Of a DNA stretch of 64,000 nt, positions 61,364 through 64,000 are shown one piece after another. The number at the start of each line of letters is the position of its first letter. Position 1 is the first letter of the stretch. Both the position numbers and the translations under genes were made by a program. The DNA is from a bacterium (lineage in GTDB: Bacteria > SZUA-182 > DTGQ01 > JAFGSM01). The notes under the pieces are model-generated. The model saw only the letters and a list, made by a program, of their open reading frames with translations. It was not told the DNA's origin and did no database searches. The stretch is from the NCBI GenBank assembly GCA_049472335.1, contig JBLIRO010000003.1:1-64000 (forward strand), read 5' to 3'.

Positions 61364-62818
61364 ATGAATGATTTTAATAGTGTCATATCAAGACAAAATC
61401 AGTTAGATCCCTTAAAACGGGTTAATTATACCAAGGGGTTGGTCCTGGGTGTTGATGAATTTGAACAAGAGCAATTTTACTTAATGGAACGGGACCACCT
61501 TCAGAACAGGGCCCTTCATGGTTACGGCACCATATGGGGATTAGATGTTTCTGTTTGCGGCAGCCCTGAAGATCCTGAGGTAATGGTCTCTCCCGGATTG
61601 GCCTTGGACACTTCCGGCCGGATGATTAATGTTACAACAGCTCAATGCGCACATCTGAATGCATGGCTTACAAAAAACAAAGATTCTGTTATGAATTACA
61701 TTGGTTCTCCTCCTGGCAGCCTCACTATCCATGTGGTTCTTAGATATAAAGAATGTGAGACCGATACGGTTCCCATCCCTGGGGAGCCATGTCGCTCGCA
61801 GGAAGATATTATGGCGCCCTCCCGAATCTCTGATTATTTTGATCTGTCATTGCAACTTGAGCCCCCACTCCAATCAGAAGAAGATATTTTAAGATGCTTT
61901 GGAAGACTTCTCAGCCGGATTGAGATCACAACAGTACCGGGGGATTTCATCACGCAACAGGAGATGGAGGATCTTGTGCGAGACCTCATTGAGTATCAAG
62001 GATCGCCGCCGGATTACTCTCCCCCTGAGACCGGTTCGCCACCCGGTTATACAACTTTACGTGTGCATCCTGATGAGGCATATGACATCCTGAGTGCTGC
62101 ATTTCGAGTATGGATTACAGAGGTGCGGCCTACCCTTTTAACAAAAAACAGACAGTATGATTCTGATCCTTCGGATGAATCCTGTGTTTTATTGGCGCAG
62201 ATTTCTTTTACAGTCATAGAAACGGATAATCCGCTGAAGGTAGAAGGTGATATAAATATAAATCAAAACTTACGCCCTCTCCTGATCCAGACTCGTCTGT
62301 TACAGGAATGGCTGCTGACCGGAAAATTCGGTCAAACAGCAAATTTCCCATACAGTAGCGATAATGAACCGCTTAACGGCCAGATTCTTATTTGGGAATC
62401 CATGTCGCCAGGGCAATGGAAGCCCAAAAACCTAATTTTTCTTCCATTGGTTACTATTAATGAAATGGATACAAAAAAATTTGAAGTATGGTTTAATATA
62501 GGTCTATCAGAAAATATTATTGAAATAAAGGTTTTTGATACCCTCAAAGTTATGGAGGAATTAATAGATGGTTCCCTGAAAGAGATAAGGATTAAGAGTA
62601 TAAGTAGACGTCAGCAGTGGAATAACATATTTGATTTGGAGCTTAATAGAGTACCTTCATCTCAATTTTTACGCTTCATGTTTGACATTAGTGGTATCGA
62701 ATTGACCGATAATAGATCTTCCAACACCATTGCGGAATATGCAGGGAGAGAAGCCATCAGATTCTTGGGGCAGGATAGCCAAAATATTGTTACAGCTTTT
62801 GTGCGCAGAAAAGGCTAA
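61364..62818 (+). CDS. eCIS baseplate/tail-fibre-attachment-like protein
   Basis: KRVNYTKGLVLGVDEFEQEQ...LHGYGTIWGL...VSPGLALD.SGR; start placed at ATG 61364 by AGGAG spacing. Confidence 0.7.
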   Translation: MNDFNSVISRQNQLDPLKRVNYTKGLVLGVDEFEQEQFYLMERDHLQNRALHGYGTIWGLDVSVCGSPEDPEVMVSPGLALDTSGRMINVTTAQCAHLNAWLTKNKDSVMNYIGSPPGSLTIHVVLRYKECETDTVPIPGEPCRSQEDIMAPSRISDYFDLSLQLEPPLQSEEDILRCFGRLLSRIEITTVPGDFITQQEMEDLVRDLIEYQGSPPDYSPPETGSPPGYTTLRVHPDEAYDILSAAFRVWITEVRPTLLTKNRQYDSDPSDESCVLLAQISFTVIETDNPLKVEGDININQNLRPLLIQTRLLQEWLLTGKFGQTANFPYSSDNEPLNGQILIWESMSPGQWKPKNLIFLPLVTINEMDTKKFEVWFNIGLSENIIEIKVFDTLKVMEELIDGSLKEIRIKSISRRQQWNNIFDLELNRVPSSQFLRFMFDISGIELTDNRSSNTIAEYAGREAIRFLGQDSQNIVTAFVRRKG

Positions 62819-62847
62819 TAAGCTAATAGAATAAAGGGGTAAATATT

Positions 62848-64000
62848 ATGAATGCAATAGAATTGCTTACACCGATACTAGAAGGGGGTATATATAATAC
62901 CAATTTTTTCAATGGCCGCCTCCTGACTGCAGAAGATCTAAGACTTGAGCAGGAGGCAAACAGTAAACAGCACATGCAGATAGGCCAGGCCATAGGCGAA
63001 GGTGTGGCCTATGGCATGGAAGTCAGCATTGTCTCAGACGGCTCGAACGGAAATCCCCCGATTGTTCATATAACCAAAGGGCTTGCCCTGAACCGCAGAG
63101 GGAAGGCGCTCGTTCTCCCTGAAGATACTGATGTTGCTTTATATACAGAAAAGAAAACCGTTGTCACAGGAACAGGCCATTTCGCCGAGTGTGAATTACC
63201 CGAACTGACAGCAACTCCCACTGGCATAGGGACATATATCCTGGTTGCAGCCCCAGCATCAGGTTATGACGGAAGAGCACCGGTAAGTTGCTCGGATAAA
63301 AAAGAGCGAACTATAGAGTGTGGCAGGCGTTACTCAATACAGGGTGTGCGTTTCAGGCTAGTCAAGCTGGATATAGATAATCCGGCAGTTGTTGTTGGCC
63401 CAATTGGAAATGAACTTCGGCTTCTTATAAAAAAGGAGTATAAACCCAGCCTGTCCAAATTTCGCAACTTATTGGCTTTTCTCTGTTTGAATTGTTCTAA
63501 AACAGCAGATTTAACAAAAGACCTGCTTCATAATCTTACAAGCAGCAAGACAGCTCAAGGAGAAAACCCTCTGGATATTTTACGAAGTCAGGGCTTTTTA
63601 ACATACTGTGATATCCCATTGGCCCTTATTTATTGGCCAGATAATATCATCCGGTTCATAGACATGTGGTCTGTGCGCCGCAGAATCAATCCTTTGTTTT
63701 CTATATTTAACAATGTTACCTTCCCTGTCACAGAAAAACAGATTGTAGAGGCAGAGGCATCTTTTTTCCAATTTCAAATCCAAATTGCGGAGTTGACAAA
63801 TACAAATATTACACAAAGCCAACTGGAACAGATTGAAGCCGGAAATTACTTTAGATATCTGCCTGCTGTAGGGGTGATACCAGAACGAACCGTGACAAAG
63901 AAAGGTTTGGACTACTTAAAATTTTTTAACGGATTAAAATTCAGAAATCCAGTCTTTATAAATGGCGCCCAAGTTCAATCACTCTTTCACTCTTCCCTCT
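62848..64000 (+). CDS. eCIS tail-fibre/baseplate-associated protein, partial (runs off the window)
   Basis: MNAIELLTPILEGGIYNTNFFNGRLLTAEDLRLEQ...GEGVAYGMEV...ITKGLALNRRG; N-terminus paralogous to the previous gene. Confidence 0.75.
   Translation, partial: MNAIELLTPILEGGIYNTNFFNGRLLTAEDLRLEQEANSKQHMQIGQAIGEGVAYGMEVSIVSDGSNGNPPIVHITKGLALNRRGKALVLPEDTDVALYTEKKTVVTGTGHFAECELPELTATPTGIGTYILVAAPASGYDGRAPVSCSDKKERTIECGRRYSIQGVRFRLVKLDIDNPAVVVGPIGNELRLLIKKEYKPSLSKFRNLLAFLCLNCSKTADLTKDLLHNLTSSKTAQGENPLDILRSQGFLTYCDIPLALIYWPDNIIRFIDMWSVRRRINPLFSIFNNVTFPVTEKQIVEAEASFFQFQIQIAELTNTNITQSQLEQIEAGNYFRYLPAVGVIPERTVTKKGLDYLKFFNGLKFRNPVFINGAQVQSLFHSSL

Larger units (their letters stand above)
43827..64000 (+). 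other. Extracellular contractile injection system (eCIS, Afp/PVC-like) locus, incomplete at the right edge
   Basis: DUF4255, two sheaths, two tubes, LysM initiator, hub, spike, gp25, baseplate J and I; no capsid, portal, terminase or integrase gene in the window. Confidence 0.9.

Noticed and set aside
43827..64000. Prophage or type VI secretion system
   Set aside because: No capsid, portal, terminase or integrase, and no TssJLM/ClpV/TssBC; DUF4255 with duplicated sheath and tube indicates an eCIS
10132..64000. Functional link between the glycosylation cluster and the eCIS (e.g. heptosylation of SPP motifs)
   Set aside because: Only proximity supports it; unrelated operons separate the loci and no protein heptosyltransferase is recognisable

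Overview
Bacterial accessory region with five blocks. (1) 1-5.2 kb is a decayed left end: a GC-rich aldehyde-dehydrogenase-like fragment joined in frame to an IS4 transposase, an IS-truncated NRPS condensation-domain gene, a frameshifted GNAT gene, an internally deleted LoaP/NusG-type antiterminator behind a sigma54 promoter, and a dead IS630. (2) 5.2-31.1 kb is a minus-strand, AT-rich biosynthetic cluster of about 23 genes plus a MacAB-TolC-type exporter. It combines luxC, luxD and luxE without luxAB, a full NDP-heptose/octose pathway (transaldolase, GmhA, HddA, GmhB, HddC), two glycosyltransferases, six methyltransferases, an epimerase, a class IV aminotransferase, a kinase, HAD and NUDIX hydrolases, and an ABC-F protein. 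It is preceded by a diverged second copy of the same ~400-bp sigma54 promoter module and an identical 29-nt leader motif. (3) 31.8-37 kb is a four-gene candidate defence operon resembling Shango/BREX-2: a coiled-coil protein, two DUF2791/BrxD-like ATPases and an Lhr-like DEAH helicase. (4) 37.4-43.2 kb holds a cupin, a di-heme peroxidase with a Trp-rich GPPW-repeat tail, and a pentaheme cytochrome c with an FN3 domain. (5) 43.8-64 kb is an extracellular contractile injection system (eCIS) locus that runs off the right edge. No rRNA, tRNA or CRISPR array was recognised. All family calls come from reading motifs by eye, not from database searches.
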